A stretch of DNA of 63,018 nucleotides, counting the filler, from Octopus bimaculoides (lineage: Eukaryota): NCBI RefSeq assembly GCF_001194135.2. It is 8 parts of 7 records of this genome, joined end to end, with 100 filler letters (N's around TTAATTAATTAA, not from the genome) between each part and the next. Parts side by side here need not be neighbours in the genome. Positions count along the whole stretch, not along the records: positions 38,824 to 61,489 come from NC_068991.1; 7 more parts are not named here. One strand, written 5' to 3'. Positions within the stretch are counted from its first letter, which is position 1. Each line of letters opens with the position of its first letter. Below the pieces are notes generated by a model that worked only from the letters and a program-made list of their open reading frames with translations, was not told the origin of the DNA and did not search any database. Below are positions 46,421-60,382 of the stretch, in pieces. Both the position numbers and the translations under genes were made by a program.

Positions 46421-48043
46421 ACATCAATGACGACGACGGGATCAACAACAGCAACAATAATGTTTGGGTAGCTTTGATAATTGTCGATTCAATGAACTCC
46501 ATTGCTTTCTCGCTTTCTTTCTATTTTATTTCCCTATCACTCGCACAACTTGGGATCCACAATTTCGTCAATCGATATGATAGAAAACGCAGTAAAGACT
46601 ACCTCGGATCTATATATTGCGAAAAGAGAGACATATTTGATAATGTAGCTCGAAGTAGACTTTGTTTAGTAAAGAATTGAAGGATAGACACGGGTGAAAT
46701 GTGTCTGATGATAGGTCGGATTAAGCAGAGCCAATCTAAGCTTGAAGAAGAAGAAGAAGAAGAAGAAGAAGAAGAAGAAGAAGAAGAACTAACACTGCTA
46801 CTGCTGCTGCTTCTACTGCTACTGTTGCTGCTGCTACTGTTGTTGCGGCTACTGTTGCTGTTGTTGCTGCTGTAACAATAAAAAAATGAGGTATGAGACA
46901 TTGCTTTGTTAACTTATCCAAACAAACCTGCACTCCGCCGTTGCTGCTATGCGATGTTGGAGATGATGTTTTGCAGGAAATGTCATTACGCATGAGCGGA
47001 TGTTGTTGTTAGATTCGGCGAGGGGTGCAAGAAGATACAATAAAGAAAACGAGGAAAGCAATATTCCACATTCTATGAAGTACACACACACGCACGCGCG
47101 CGTGTGCGTGTCTGTGCGTGCGCGTGTATACAGTTTGCATGTATGTATGTATGTATGTATGTATGTATGTATGTATGTATGCATGTATATTTTCTGGCGG
47201 TGCTTGAGATGAAACTTTAAGGAATAAATCTAAACATTGCAAGGCATCTAGTCCGGTGCCTTACCTTGCATCTGCTAATTTAGCTTCTTAAACACAACAA
47301 AAGTAAGTGTGAGAACGAATCGCTTTTGTAATTCTAGAGCAAGCCCAAATTCATTGTGATGACAGGAACGTGGGAATCAGTGGTCATAGTGGTTGTGGTG
47401 GCGGTGGTGGTAGTGGTGGTAGTGGTGATAGGTTTGCAGACCGTAATACGCATGGGTCGTGACGCAGCTTTGGTGGTGGTTGCTGGTAGTAATGATGGGA
47501 AGTGGTATAGAACTAATTAGATTAAGATGGGAGTGGAATGAATTGGGAAGAAGCGGTATCTCAGCGGATTTTCCAGTGTCAAAGTCTCTATCAGTTATTT
47601 TACACTCGTAACCTTTTATTTAAAAATGGGCGAGATATAAGGGAATGAGATATAAAGGGGTGGAATATAGTGGTATGGGTCATAAAGGGGTGAAATATAA
47701 AAAGAGTAGAAAAGCAGGTGACCTTGATGCTTTGCAAGGTGTTCGGGACTGGTGGGAGGTATTTCAGAAAGAAGTTGTCCTCACAGAAGGACAGTATAGT
47801 ATGATTGCAAGACAGTGCATCGAATGGTGAGTGCCGTCGACTATGAGTAACTGTAGGTAATTTGTTGAAATCAGTAAAGGCTCTTGTTTACACATAGATG
47901 GACAGAGCAATGTGCACTTTTGTGCGAAAAGAAAGATTTTATGTATGCATGTATGTATGTATGTATGTATGTATGTATGTATGTATGTATGTGTGTATGT
48001 ATGCATGTGTGCATGTGTGTGTTTGTGTGTGTGTGTGTGTGTG

Positions 48044-48075
<32 letters not shown>

Positions 48076-48569
48076 NNNNNNNNNNNNNNNNNNNNNNNNN
48101 NNNNNNNNNNNNNNNNNNNNNNNNNNNNNNNNNNNNNNNNNNNNNNNNNNNNNNNNNNNNNNNNNNNNNNNNNNNNNNNNNNNNNNNNNNNNNNNNNNNN
48201 NNNNNNNNNNNNNNNNNNNNNNNNNNNNNNNNNNNNNNNNNNNNNNNNNNNNNNNNNNNNNNNNNNNNNNNNNNNNNNNNNNNNNNNNNNNNNNNNNNNN
48301 NNNNNNNNNNNNNNNNNNNNNNNNNNNNNNNNNNNNNNNNNNNNNNNNNNNNNNNNNNNNNNNNNNNNNNNNNNNNNNNNNNNNNNNNNNNNNNNNNNNN
48401 NNNNNNNNNNNNNNNNNNNNNNNNNNNNNNNNNNNNNNNNNNNNNNNNNNNNNNNNNNNNNNNNNNNNNNNNNNNNNNNNNNNNNNNNNNNNNNNNNNNN
48501 NNNNCCCTCTCTTCAGTACTGGACCTCTCGTCTGCTAGAGATGGCAGTAGCACCTTATATATTTTTGCT

Positions 48570-48616
<47 letters not shown>

Positions 48617-49083
48617 CCAATTACCAATATTGCTAGAAATAAGGGTCAAAACAACTCTTCTGATTCATATTTTTAGCAATACTGGTGCTGATTAGTGCCC
48701 TTGTTCATCTTTGTGACGTATAGATTTTTGCCTTTAGGTTATAAAATGGCGAATTAACCACCCATATTACTTATTTATGTGTGTGTGCATGTGTGTCTGA
48801 GTGTGTGTTCATGACAAAAATAGAGATGGAAATATCAATATACCATGAGTTTACTATTGTTTACAGTTGTTTCAGTGCATTTTGCATCGTAACACTCACC
48901 TCAACAGGCACATATGAAACTTTGCTATATTATACATGTTATAATAGCACCTTTTGGTAAGGTCTTAAATATCTCATGTGATGTCATCCACACTTATAAC
49001 ATATATACGCGCATAGTACATACAGACATACGTAGGTGCATACATATATTCATATATAATAAGAGAGAGAGAGGTGGGGAGAT

Positions 49084-49131
<48 letters not shown>

Positions 49132-49990
49132 ATATCTTTTTATTATAGCCACACAGGGCTAAATACAGAAAATNNNNNNNNNNNNNNNNNNNNNNNNNNN
49201 NNNNNNNNNNNNNNNNNNNNNNNNNNNNNNNNNNNNNNNNNNNNNNNNNNNNNNNNNNNNNNNNNNNNNNNNNNNNNNNNNNNNNNNNNNNNNNNNNNNN
49301 NNNNNNNNNNNNNNNNNNNNNNNNNNNNNNNNNNNNNNNNNNNNNNNNNNNNNNNNNNNNNNNNNNNNNNNNNNNNNNNNNNNNNNNNNNNNNNNNNNNN
49401 NNNNNNNNNNNNNNNNNNNNNNNNNNNNNNNNNNNNNNNNNNNNNNNNNNNNNNNNNNNNNNNNNNNNNNNNNNNNNNNNNNNNNNNNNNNNNNNNNNNN
49501 NNNNNNNNNNNNNNNNNNNNNNNNNNNNNNNNNNNNNNNNNNNNNNNNNNNNNNNNNNNNNNNNNNNNNNNNNNNNNNNNNNNNNNNNNNNNNNNNNNNN
49601 NNNNNNNNNNNNNNNNNNNNNNNNNNNNNNNNNNNNNNNNNNNNNNNNNNNNNNNNNNNNNNNNNNNNNNNNNNNNNNNNNNNNNNNNNNNNNNNNNNNN
49701 NNNNNNNNNNNNNNNNNNNNNNNNNNNNNNNNNNNNNNNNNNNNNNNNNNNNNNNNNNNNNNNNNNNNNNNNNNNNNNNNNNNNNNNNNNNNNNNNNNNN
49801 NNNNNNNNNNNNNNNNNNNNNNNNNNNNNNNNNNNNNNNNNNNNNNNNNNNNNNNNNNNNNNNNNNNNNNNNNNNNNNNNNNNNNNNNNNNNNNNNNNNN
49901 NNNNNNNNNNNNNNNNNNNNNNNNNNNNNNNNNNNNNNNNNNNNNNNNNNNNNNNNNNNNNNNNNNNNNNNNNNNNNNNNNNNNNNNNNN

Positions 49991-50025
<35 letters not shown>

Positions 50026-50133
50026 ACAGACAGGCGGACAGACAGACAGGCAGACTGACAGACAGACAGACAGACAAACAGAGGGACAAATAGACAGACA
50101 GATAAATAGATAGATAGATAGACAGATAGATAG

Positions 50134-50214
<81 letters not shown>

Positions 50215-52414
50215 TGATGTTATAGACTGTAATATATTTGCTGTACATTAGAAAGTCTATTCATAATTAATCTTTGTAAGTGAGCAGCAAAAGCCTACGA
50301 TTGTACGGTTGTCTCCTTTGTCGCAAAACTATCGTTAATTCTTCCCTGAAGGTATGTAAATTGACTCTGAGTGATAATTGTTGTTGTTGTTGTTGTCTCC
50401 CTTTATTTAGAGACTTAAACTTCTGCATTTCTTCGCCAGATAAGACGTCAACACCAGGATTAGTATATTGTCCCTTAAATTATTTATCTAAAATCATGAC
50501 AATGGTGTATTTGAGTCCTTTCCCTTACATCATTTTATATCTGAAATTATGCTTAGAATACATGTTTTTAGTTCTTTAGCTACCACTATATTACATTCTC
50601 TAGCGAGACGTACTTATTAATCCCAGTTTGAAGAACTGTATACATCAAGAAGCGATTTAACGCTTGACAAACATTTAGTGCAAAGCAAAGCCTTCTTAAT
50701 CCGTTTTTTTTTTCGTCTTTTGCGCAGTACTTAGGTAAATGGAACCAGCATGTGACGTCTTCAGATAAATTTATGTCGACAGAAACACAGGCACTACTAC
50801 ACACGTCGACACGCACATACATATATGTGTCCATACAAACATATTACATACATACATATGTATGCATGTATATATGTANNNNNNNNNNNNNNNNNNNNNN
50901 NNNNNNNNNNNNNNNNNNNNNNNNNNNNNNNNNNNNNNNNNNNNNNNNNNNNNNNNNNNNNNNNNNNNNNNNNNNNNNNNNNNNNNNNNNNNNNNNNNNN
51001 NNNNNNNNNNNNNNNNNNNNNNNNNNNNNNNNNNNNNNNNNNNNNNNNNNNNNNNNNNNNNNNNNNNNNNNNNNNNNNNNNNNNNNNNNNNNNNNNNNNN
51101 NNNNNNNNNNNNNNNNNNNNNNNNNNNNNNNNNNNNNNNNNNNNNNNNNNNNNNNNNNNNNNNNNNNNNNNNNNNNNNNNNNNNNNNNNNNNNNNNNNNN
51201 NNNNNNNNNNNNNNNNNNNNNNNNNNNNNNNNNNNNNNNNNNNNNNNNNNNNNNNNNNNNNNNNNNNNNNNNNNNNNNNNNNNNNNNNNNNNNNNNNNNN
51301 NNNNNNNNNNNNNNNNNNNNNNNNNNNNNNNNNNNNNNNNNNNNNNNNNNNNNNNNNNNNNNNNNNNNNNNNNNNNNNNNNNNNNNNNNNNNNNNNNNNN
51401 NNNNNNNNNNNNNNNNNNNNNNNNNNNNNNNNNNNNNNNNNNNNNNNNNNNNNNNNNNNNNNNNNNNNNNNNNNNNNNNNNNNNNNNNNNNNNNNNNNNN
51501 NNNNNNNNNNNNNNNNNNNNNNNNNNNNNNNNNNNNNNNNNNNNNNNNNNNNNNNNNNNNNNNNNNNNNNNNNNNNNNNNNNNNNNNNNNNNNNNNNNNN
51601 NNNNNNNNNNNNNNNNNNNNNNNNNNNNNNNNNNNNNNNNNNNNNNNNNNNNNNNNNNNNNNNNNNNNNNNNNNNNNNNNNNNNNNNNNNNNNNNNNNNN
51701 NNNNNNNNNNNNNNNNNNNNNNNNNNNNNNNNNNNNNNNNNNNNNNNNNNNNNNNNNNNNNNNNNNNNNNNNNNNNNNNNNNNNNNNNNNNNNNNNNNNN
51801 NNNNTATATATATATATATATATGGATGGATGGATGGATGGCTTACACACACACATGCGTGCACACACATGCGTGCACACACATGTACAAACAAATATGT
51901 TTGTGTATACATATGTTTAAAATAGCTCACAATATACAGGTCCAAATACGCATAAATGTATCTTTATTTGAGTGTGTGTGTGTGTGTGTGCGCGCGCGCG
52001 CGCGTTTCTATAAATTTCAGCGTTATTAGTTTTAAACATAAATGCACGGTTTCACAGTTGATGTTTAGGTTAACTATATGATGGCGTTAACTCGCCAGGG
52101 GGCACTTTCTACTAGTCAAGCATGGCGTTCTTGCTTAAAATCCAAAATGAGCTTAATTTTCTTTTTATGTTTATACATTTACTTCTTTCGTTGTTCAAGT
52201 TTTGACTAGAAGGTCATCGAAGCCACATGTCTATAAGCTGGAACGTTGCAAATTATTTCTTTGAGATTTATATTATTGATATCTCTGAATGGGTGCAATG
52301 GATATATGCAGATGAAATGGCTGTACGTTCCTTATGTGTGTAATCTTCTTAATTATAATTGGAAATATTTTCTTTCTTTATCATTACTAGTGTGCTCACC
52401 ATAAATAATTGTCC

Positions 52415-52820
52415 GACTCTGATCTACACCCAAGAATCTATTTGAATGTAAGTCTTTATGCTCCTAGTCTTCCTGTCATGGTTGGTCATCTCACTCTAAT
52501 CTGCACCCAAGAATTCAATTTACTGTAAAACTATCGGTTCCTTGTCTATTTGCTATCGAATGACCTTCCCTCTCTTATCCATACTCAAGAATTCAGTTGA
52601 ATATAGGTCTGTGGGTTCCTAGTTTACTTGTTTTAGCTTGATCGTCACTGTTCTGAGCAAGGAAATGAAGTGACTGTGAGTCTGTAAGTTTCTAGTCTAT
52701 TTCCAAGTGATACACACGGAATTTAATAAATATAGGTCTATAGGTTCTTAGTATATCTGCTACAGAGTGATTGTTCCTCCCTAGTCTAAATCCAAGAAAT
52801 AAAATAAATGCAGGTCTATA
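52415..52820. repeat. Degenerate tandem repeat, about 72-78 bp unit, about 6 copies
   Basis: Recurrent CAAGAA(T)..GAATATAGGTCT..TTCCTAGTCT; CAAG(A/G)AA anchors at about 52431, 52508, 52586, 52658 and 52793. Confidence 0.55.
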
Positions 52821-53779
52821 GTTTGAAGCGCTGTTTCTACTTTACCGCTGGTCTGAAACAATGTTTCGTGTATTAGTCACAGAAGGAGCTGTCTCCATAT
52901 GCCTTTGTGGGTACGTTTATGCTGATGAGAGAAAGGGAAGACATGGATCTAAATATTTACACCGTAGGTGACTCCGGTAAAGCCACCTCAGAACCAAATG
53001 ATTATGTGATGAATGGGCATTGAAGGACGTCTACAATCTAAGAATTGATACATTTCATCGCAGTACTTTCGCACGGTTTCGGATACCCTTAATTTGTTTA
53101 CAATGCTTTGATCAAACCCAGGCTAAGGTCAGACACTGTACAGTGTGATTTAACTCAGAACGCGGTGTTGTGTAGTGAATGCTTTGATCTCACGGAAATA
53201 TCTGCGCCATGTCCAGCAGTCGAGCGTTCGATTTCTTGTTTCATGGTTATGGAAATCATGAGACTTCTGATTGGTTGAATTGCTCAAACGTATCAAAACT
53301 AGTCTTGATATTTTCGGTTTATTCCCTTAAAACCAAAATAAAACTGTTCATTACTATGGGACACAAATCAGAGTTGAGGCTTGTTAATTAGTTGATGACC
53401 CCTATGTAATTTCGAGTTTACGTAGATTCGTTATATTTTGCGGCTTAGGCTATCTACTTGTAAAAAGGTACCATATATCACAATGGATCTTCACATTTGT
53501 AACACTAATTTGCAAGTCTTTACTGCCGTTTTTGATTTCCTTAATCATAAAAGAAAAATTTTAAATTCTGGAGAATATTCAATTTTATTGCTTTTCATGA
53601 TTCCCGTTTGTGGCTGAAATATGATTCTGAAAATAAAATATTACTTGGGCGACATTTTGACGAAGTTGAGATTCTCAAGAACATAGATAGATAGATAGAT
53701 ACACATGCATACATACATGTAAGCATGTATATAAGTGCATATATATATACATATATACACATAGATCCATCCATCCATC

Positions 53780-53849
<70 letters not shown>

Positions 53850-55372
53850 TATATATATTTCTAGGCGTTTCTTTATATGAGCTCGTAAATTGCTCAAATA
53901 TGCAAAATATGTAATGCAGACGTATACAGAAATCTAGCATTAGGCTTTACACGATAGTATACGCTTTATATTCACGTGCACATTTAATACATGCATATCT
54001 AGTTGGGTGTCAGCTTCATATATAATTATAATCATTCCAAATATAAGCTGTTTAAATATTATATTAGTGAAACCAAATATTAATCAAAATTAATTTTGGA
54101 GTTAATACCAATAATAAATTGGAATGAGACCGATTAGTAAGGGCAGACATGAAAGGGCGTCGATCTAAATGTCATAAAAGTATTTAGTTTCGGACGTTAG
54201 TATTCAATAAAGGGGAAAGGCAGAGGTTAATATTTCTTTCTTCTGTGTGTTATGAAATGAAATATAAACACTTACTAGTTATATATTTAGAAATGTTGAA
54301 GTTAATTACGTCATTTTTTCAATATTAATTTCAGTCAGTAACACAAGTAAGGAGAGAGAGGAAAGAATCGTAAAGGAAACTATGGAAGTTATTGAAAGGA
54401 TATAAATGAAATATAAAGGGAAGAGGAAGTATAACTTAAAGTGTATCCTCAAATAGGGTTTGCTTGTGAGGCCAAAGGCGTTGATTAACGGAACCAAGCA
54501 GTGTCAACTTTATTCAACAGCCAAAAAGAGAGCACAAACACTTTAAAATCTCAAATATGCTAACACCTGCCTGAATTTAAGAAAAACGAACTCTCCCAAG
54601 ATGCCCTTTCATAGCCCTGTTGATAATAGTTAACTTTAAAGGTTAGATTTTGAACTGCGAACCATTTTAATGAGAAAGAAACAACATTAATGCGGACGGT
54701 ACCATTCTTCGTTCTATTTTTATTTACTCTCTCCTTTTTCTCCTCTAAACAACTCCTTACTCTATACTATTTTTATTCTTCTCTGCTATTCTATTTTAAT
54801 CCCCGCTCCCTGCTATCTTTTGCCCTCTCTAGTTCTCCCATTATCCTCCTTCATCTGTAAATCATTGCACTTGTGACGCCGAGCCACGATACCACCACTC
54901 TATTATTGTCGGCGCATTCGCTCTGATTATGAGTTTATGTACGCAGTCTGAACGATATGGTTATTACATCGCTTAGAAGAATTCTTGGATCAATTTCGAT
55001 ATTTGGTTTATTTATCAAGCATAGTACAAGGGTAGTGATTTTAGTTAAATAACTTAGAGAGTAATAGCTCCTGGTTCCATGCAATTCCACTCTATATTGA
55101 TATGAATTTGCTTTCATTTTTCTTAGACTTTCTCATCTCACACGAAATTTCACGGTGTAACCCCAATTTAGCCAGTTTGAAGGATTGTAATATTGCTACA
55201 GACCTACTCGAATCCTATTTCTTACAGCGGTGGACAACATATGAATAATTTTTGTTACATCTTTAAATAAATATTTCACTTTTCATCTACAGTGAGTTCT
55301 CACAATACATGTGGACATATATAACACAATGCTCTCTCTTGTCTCTCTCTCTCTCTCTCTCNNNNNNNNNNC

Positions 55373-55416
<44 letters not shown>

Positions 55417-55539
55417 GTACACAAACTGATTTACATACACATACGACCAGCAGTAACGAGGTGATATGTACTCAGTAGAAATAACAGAGTATAGTTAATT
55501 TACTAGTTGAGCTATGAGCCATGAATTCGACACTTGAAA

Positions 55540-56700
55540 TAATAACGGTAAGTTTTAAGAAGGATGATACATGAAAATCACAGCATGGTGTTTATTATGT
55601 GCTCTGTTTTAAATACAAGGTCTGGTTGTACGTCAGGTAGTCTCCCAGCCGAATGAGTGCGATATGGATAAATGTGAGGTACAATCTGCGAGGTTCAGAA
55701 CGATGGGAAGGTGTTAGTTGCAACTACCTTATCAGATTCCATGTAGTATATAGTTGATGCATATGTTGTTTCACGGCTGCTACGTGTTCCCAAAGTGATT
55801 GAAGGATAGTAACCACGTGTCAGTTGATTACTGTATATAATTGGCTGTGACTGAATTGTTAGACCTTATATTAACAAATAGAGTAAGCGTAACTACATCT
55901 CCCTATTTCTTTTGTGGCAAATAAAACAAATTCCAGTAACAGGCTGTTATCAGTTCGAATGACTGTAACATGTATATAAAGATAACTCATGAAAGACACG
56001 TCTATAATGCTATTACAAACAACACGTGTTTTTGACTAGCTGAGAGAACTGAACGCAAAACGCGACCTTTTAACAGGAAAACAGTCTTCCCTCATCAACA
56101 TGGACACAACAATTAGAAGCGTCTTACATTGCTTTAATTATGTTAATCAAATCTTTTCAGGCATTCTGTAACTTTTGGCGATTTTCTACAAAACATTTTT
56201 GCTTTCATTAACTAAGACCTGGAAGACGACAAATTTAAATACTGCTGGTGATTTTATTGGATAATGTTTCCAGTAATTTCTTGCAATGTATGAAAGATAT
56301 TAGCGTAGATCTCATTCTACAAAATCCACATTGTTGGTCTCTTACAATTACAAAAGTTGTGCCTTACAACCTGTTTAACACAGTCACTAAACCCAGAGTA
56401 ATGATTACCGCGAACACTTTCCCTTCCACATTCAACAACCACAAATATTACCATTATTTCAAGGTTCTCAATGATTGCTGTTTTCCATTTCTCTATTTTC
56501 TTATCAGTCCGTATTACGTTAAGTAGGTTAAGTGAGGCTGTCTCCATGGCTTCCTCTCCATATTTAACAATCTCACCAGGGATTCCATCAATATCTGCAG
56601 TTTTGTTATTTTTCAATAATTTCAATTCTATCTCAACTTCCTCCAATGTAATTTCCTCATCATCTACGCAAATTGGACATTCACATGAAAGAAGTTCATA
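55540..56700 (-). mobile_element. Old RTE-clade LINE RT remnant
   Basis: EEVEIELKLLKNNKTADIDGIPGEIVKYG..EKWKTAII, QQCGFCRMRST, MPEKI..IIKAM; heavily decayed. Confidence 0.7.
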
Positions 56701-56714
56701 ACCTGGATATTCAG

Positions 56715-56850
56715 CTGGGTCGAGGGTGCGGAGTACCGAGATGGTGTTTATGTCTTGTCACGAGCGGACAGAGACACTTTCTCGCCGGTCCAGGAATCGA
56801 ACCCAACTCCCCATGATCGTTAGCACAACAATCCAACCACAAGGCTTATA
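56715..56850 (-). mobile_element. Third tRNA-derived SINE family, head
   Basis: B-box GGGTTCGATTCC (56793-56804) with an upstream TGGTT..GTGCTAACGATC tRNA-like segment; does not fold as a full tRNA. Confidence 0.55.
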
Positions 56851-57487
56851 CTGGGATAAGAATTGCTATTTATCTTTTCTCTATGATGTGCTTTTATTTT
56901 ATTCTAATGTTAAATGACTGGTCATTCCTTTGCTTATGTCTATTTTCTCAGACAACCTAATTGAGCGACCTACACTTCCGGTTAAACTCTTACATTCCAG
57001 CCTCCTTCCATAACTGGACAGTTGGTTTTCTTGTTTAGCGAACGCCTTTGGTTTTCGCTGTCCAGCTGCACGTCAATGTTTACTCCTATGCAGCATAGTG
57101 CAGCCTTATGATTTTAACGGCTTTCCATTTTGTTTTGCATTATTTATAGATGTTGCACTTCATACATATATGCCTGTAAGATATTAGTGTAGTAAAATCT
57201 CTTAATGAAGCGATTGTAGCGATACTGAATAATCCACACATACACACATGCACACATACATACACACGCACATATAGACACACATTATAAGTTTTACTTT
57301 GATTTGTTTCAAAATCTAGGATAATTTCAATTTCATTTTGATTATAAGTTTTATATCATGGAACCAACGAAAAAGACTCAATTTCGACGGTCCAACAGCT
57401 AGAGCTAGTAGTCAAATCTTCTAGTGACACCTAAATATAAAAGATGGAATGGTCATGGTTTGAACAGTTTTGATTGTAGGTTTGCTT

Positions 57488-57700
57488 AAGGCAGCATGTT
57501 CGAAGAATAGTTATCACGTCGGGCAAAATGTTCAGCGGTATTTCGTCCGTTTATACGATCTGAGTTCAAATTCCGCCCAGGTCGACTTTACCTGTCATCC
57601 TTTCTGGGTCGATAAAATAGGTACCAGTTAAACACTAGGGTCGATGTAATTTGCGTACCCATTCCCACCAAAATTTGAGGGTTTGTGCCTGTAGTACAAA
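57488..57700 (+). mobile_element. SINE family B copy
   Basis: GGGCAAAATG.TCAGCGGTATTTCGTC..GAGTTCAAATTCCGCC.AGGTCGACTTT..TTGTGCCTGTAGTA. Confidence 0.8.
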
Positions 57701-58569
57701 CGGTTTAGTTCAGAGTTGATCGCGCTCTACTTTATTGTCGTGTGTCGAAAGTATTATACAAAAAGACCAAACTGTTTCTTTTTTTCATTTATTTATTTAC
57801 ACACCCTTCCTGTATCCATGCTGTGACGTAAGAGGAAATCAAAATTGAATATATATCTGAAAAGAAATAACAGAAAAATAAATGAAGAAAACGATAAAAT
57901 TGGTAATTTCCAGACGAGAACAAGTGCAGTATAGATAACCAAGTAAACAACAAAACAATAATAAGAATTAATAATGACAGCAGCAACAACAGCAACAACA
58001 TGATGTAAAATAATTATAGGAATATATATATTAATTCAATATTGAGTTGTTTTCTTTATATAATTAAAATAATTTGTGAAGACTTACTTTAATTTATATT
58101 CAAGTAGTAACTGCCGTGCTCTCTAAGGAAATGGCCTTTATTTCGAAAGGAAGAGACGCTGCATGATGGTTAATTAGAAATGTACTTAATAACGTTTCTT
58201 ATGTACCGACTAAACACATATACTCATACACACACAACAACAACAATAATAACATAAAGGTTTTTTCCATGTTATATCAGTGCATTTCAATTCATAAAAT
58301 TGAAGTTCGCCATTTGTTTCTGCTCTAAGAAATATACTGAATCTAACAATGGCGTTAAATTTCGCGGAAATCGGTCACTGCCGTCTTTCTGAGGCAACAT
58401 TTGACAATGTAGTCTTTGAAATACAGAAATCAGAACAGTCACTGCTGGAACAGCATTTATGGTAGACTAAACAACAACAACAACGACGACGACGACGACG
58501 ACAACAACAACAACAGAGAAACTATTCCGCTGTATAAACATCCCCCTCTTTCTTGAACCAACAAGGTGT

Positions 58570-58770
58570 CATAAAGATGTCATTAGATCTGGTGGAAATA
58601 GCAACCAAATCTCCCTTAAATTACACATTACTGTCACTACAAAGGGACAAATTGTTTTCTATGAACATGAATACTATGCTATGTAAAACGAAAAGAGGGT
58701 TGGTCGTGGATAGAATGTATAAACACATGAGTCTGCTCTCTTAGGTTTGTTCTGGAGTTAAACAACAATG
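58570..58770 (+). repeat. Additional interspersed repeat (SINE-like 3' region)
   Basis: AAATAGCAACCAAATCTCCCTTAAATTACAC recurs degenerately near 40437 and 57390; the ..TTAAACAACAA tail recurs inverted near 6680. Confidence 0.45.
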
Positions 58771-59021
58771 GCATCAACTAGCCTATCCTTTCCTAAACTA
58801 CAATAAATTACCTGTTAAATACTGTATTCATTTATTAACTGTCATATATTGTGAAAAGTAGCCTCGTTGGTTACTAGTTGCCACTAGATCACTATCTTTC
58901 CACAAACGAGTGCGTTCAACTCGGATGGAACAAATAAAACAAAACACTTATTTATTGTTTTTCTCGATAAATATTTACAACTATCGTCAAAAGGCATTAC
59001 TGAATGATAAACGTAGTTACA

Positions 59022-59239
59022 TATGGGGTGGAGTGCTGAAAATTCCTGGCTTTGAGGGTGTCGCGACCTGGTTGAAGGTCCAGTCTTCCGAGTTCTTTCA
59101 CAGGGCTTAGAAAAACTAAAGGACCGTTGCAATAAGTGTGTAAATCTGAGAAGGCTATATGTTCAATAAAATCACAATTAACTGATTCTTCTGTATTTTC
59201 TTCTGCCCAAAGCCAGGAGGTTTTCAGCACGCACTCGTA
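59022..59239 (+). mobile_element. Mariner-derived MITE
   Basis: TIRs GTGCTGAAAATTCCTGGCTTTG ... CAAAGCCAGGAGGTTTTCAGCAC; internal remnant of the transposase C-terminus (FF..L..RCNKCVNL...YVQ*). Confidence 0.75.
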
Positions 59240-59344
59240 CGTAGCCAAGCACAAGCATATCATCAGTTACACATGGTCATATAATTAAATTTTCCAGCAT
59301 TCTAACAAAGACTCAGCACATTTAAAAGGTAGAGTTTATAGATT

Positions 59345-59560
59345 CTTTTATTCTCTTATATGTTTCAATCATTAGACAGCGGCCACACCGGGGCATCAAC
59401 ATGAGGAATGTTAAGTTGAGAAAATTGATATCATTACTTATCTTTTTAAAGCCTGGTACTTATTCGATAGGTTTCTTTTGCTGAAACCGCTAAGTTACGA
59501 GGACGTAACAAACCATCACCGGCTGTCAAAGAATAGTGAGGGACATACACAAACACAAGG

Positions 59561-59607
<47 letters not shown>

Positions 59608-60052
59608 AGGAGATAAATGAAAGGAAAGGGCACACAACGCATTTTGTGGGAGTTGTTTAAAACAGTTATATGTGGATCCGTGTGACTTAAAGTTTCGCAG
59701 GTCTCTAACAGAAGCCTGAAAGACACACACACACACATATATAATATATATATATTTAACCTTATATANNNNNNNNNNNNNNNNNNNNNNNNNNNNNNNN
59801 NNNNNNNNNNNNNNNNNNNNNNNNNNNNNNNNNNNNNNNNNNNNNNNNNNNNNNNNNNNNNNNNNNNNNNNNNNNNNNNNNNNNNNNNNNNNNNNNNNNN
59901 NNNNNNNNNNNNNNNNNACAAGTTTCTTTCAGTTTCCGTCTACCAATTTCACTCATAAGGCTTGGTTGTCCTGAGACTATAGTAGAAGATGCATATTTAC
60001 GGCGCTGAACTGTGGCACTGAGATCAAAACCGCTGGTTGGGAAGTAAATTTC
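59345..60052 (-). mobile_element. SINE family A (tail 59345-59545, head 59918-60052) spanning a gap
   Basis: AAGCCTGGTACTTATTCGATAGG..CCGCTAAGTTACG and TTTCTTTCAGTTTCCGTCTACCAATTTCACTC. Confidence 0.7.
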
Positions 60053-60080
60053 GACAACAGTAGTTATTTATGGTTTTTTA

Positions 60081-60382
60081 AACCCTGGTACATATTCCAT
60101 CGTTCTCTTTTGCGATTGCCAAGTGGTAAGTGGAACAAACATAGACACAAAGACACACACACGCATACGCGCGCGCACGCGCGCGCGCACACACACACAC
60201 ACACGCACACACACGCACACGATGGGCTTCTTTCAGTTTCCGTTTCCCAAATCCACTCACAAAGTTTTGGTTGGCCCGAGGATTTAGTAGAAGACGCTTG
60301 CCGAAGTTGGCACGCAGTAGGACAGAACCTAGAACCATTTCATTGGGAAGCAAACTTCTTACCACACAGCCACCCCTGCGCT
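60081..60382 (-). mobile_element. SINE family A copy
   Basis: GGGCTTCTTTCAGTTTCCG..CCAAATCCACTCACAAAG..GGAAGCAAACTTCTTACCACACAGCCAC. Confidence 0.8.

Noticed and set aside
52415-52820. CRISPR-like array
   Set aside because: The sequence is eukaryotic, the units are degenerate along their whole length with no conserved repeat/unique spacer structure, and no cas genes are present.
58348-58466. Short ATG-initiated ORF MALNFAEIGHCRLSEATFDNVVFEIQ..
   Set aside because: It is under 40 codons, with no homology I can recognise and no strong splice context.
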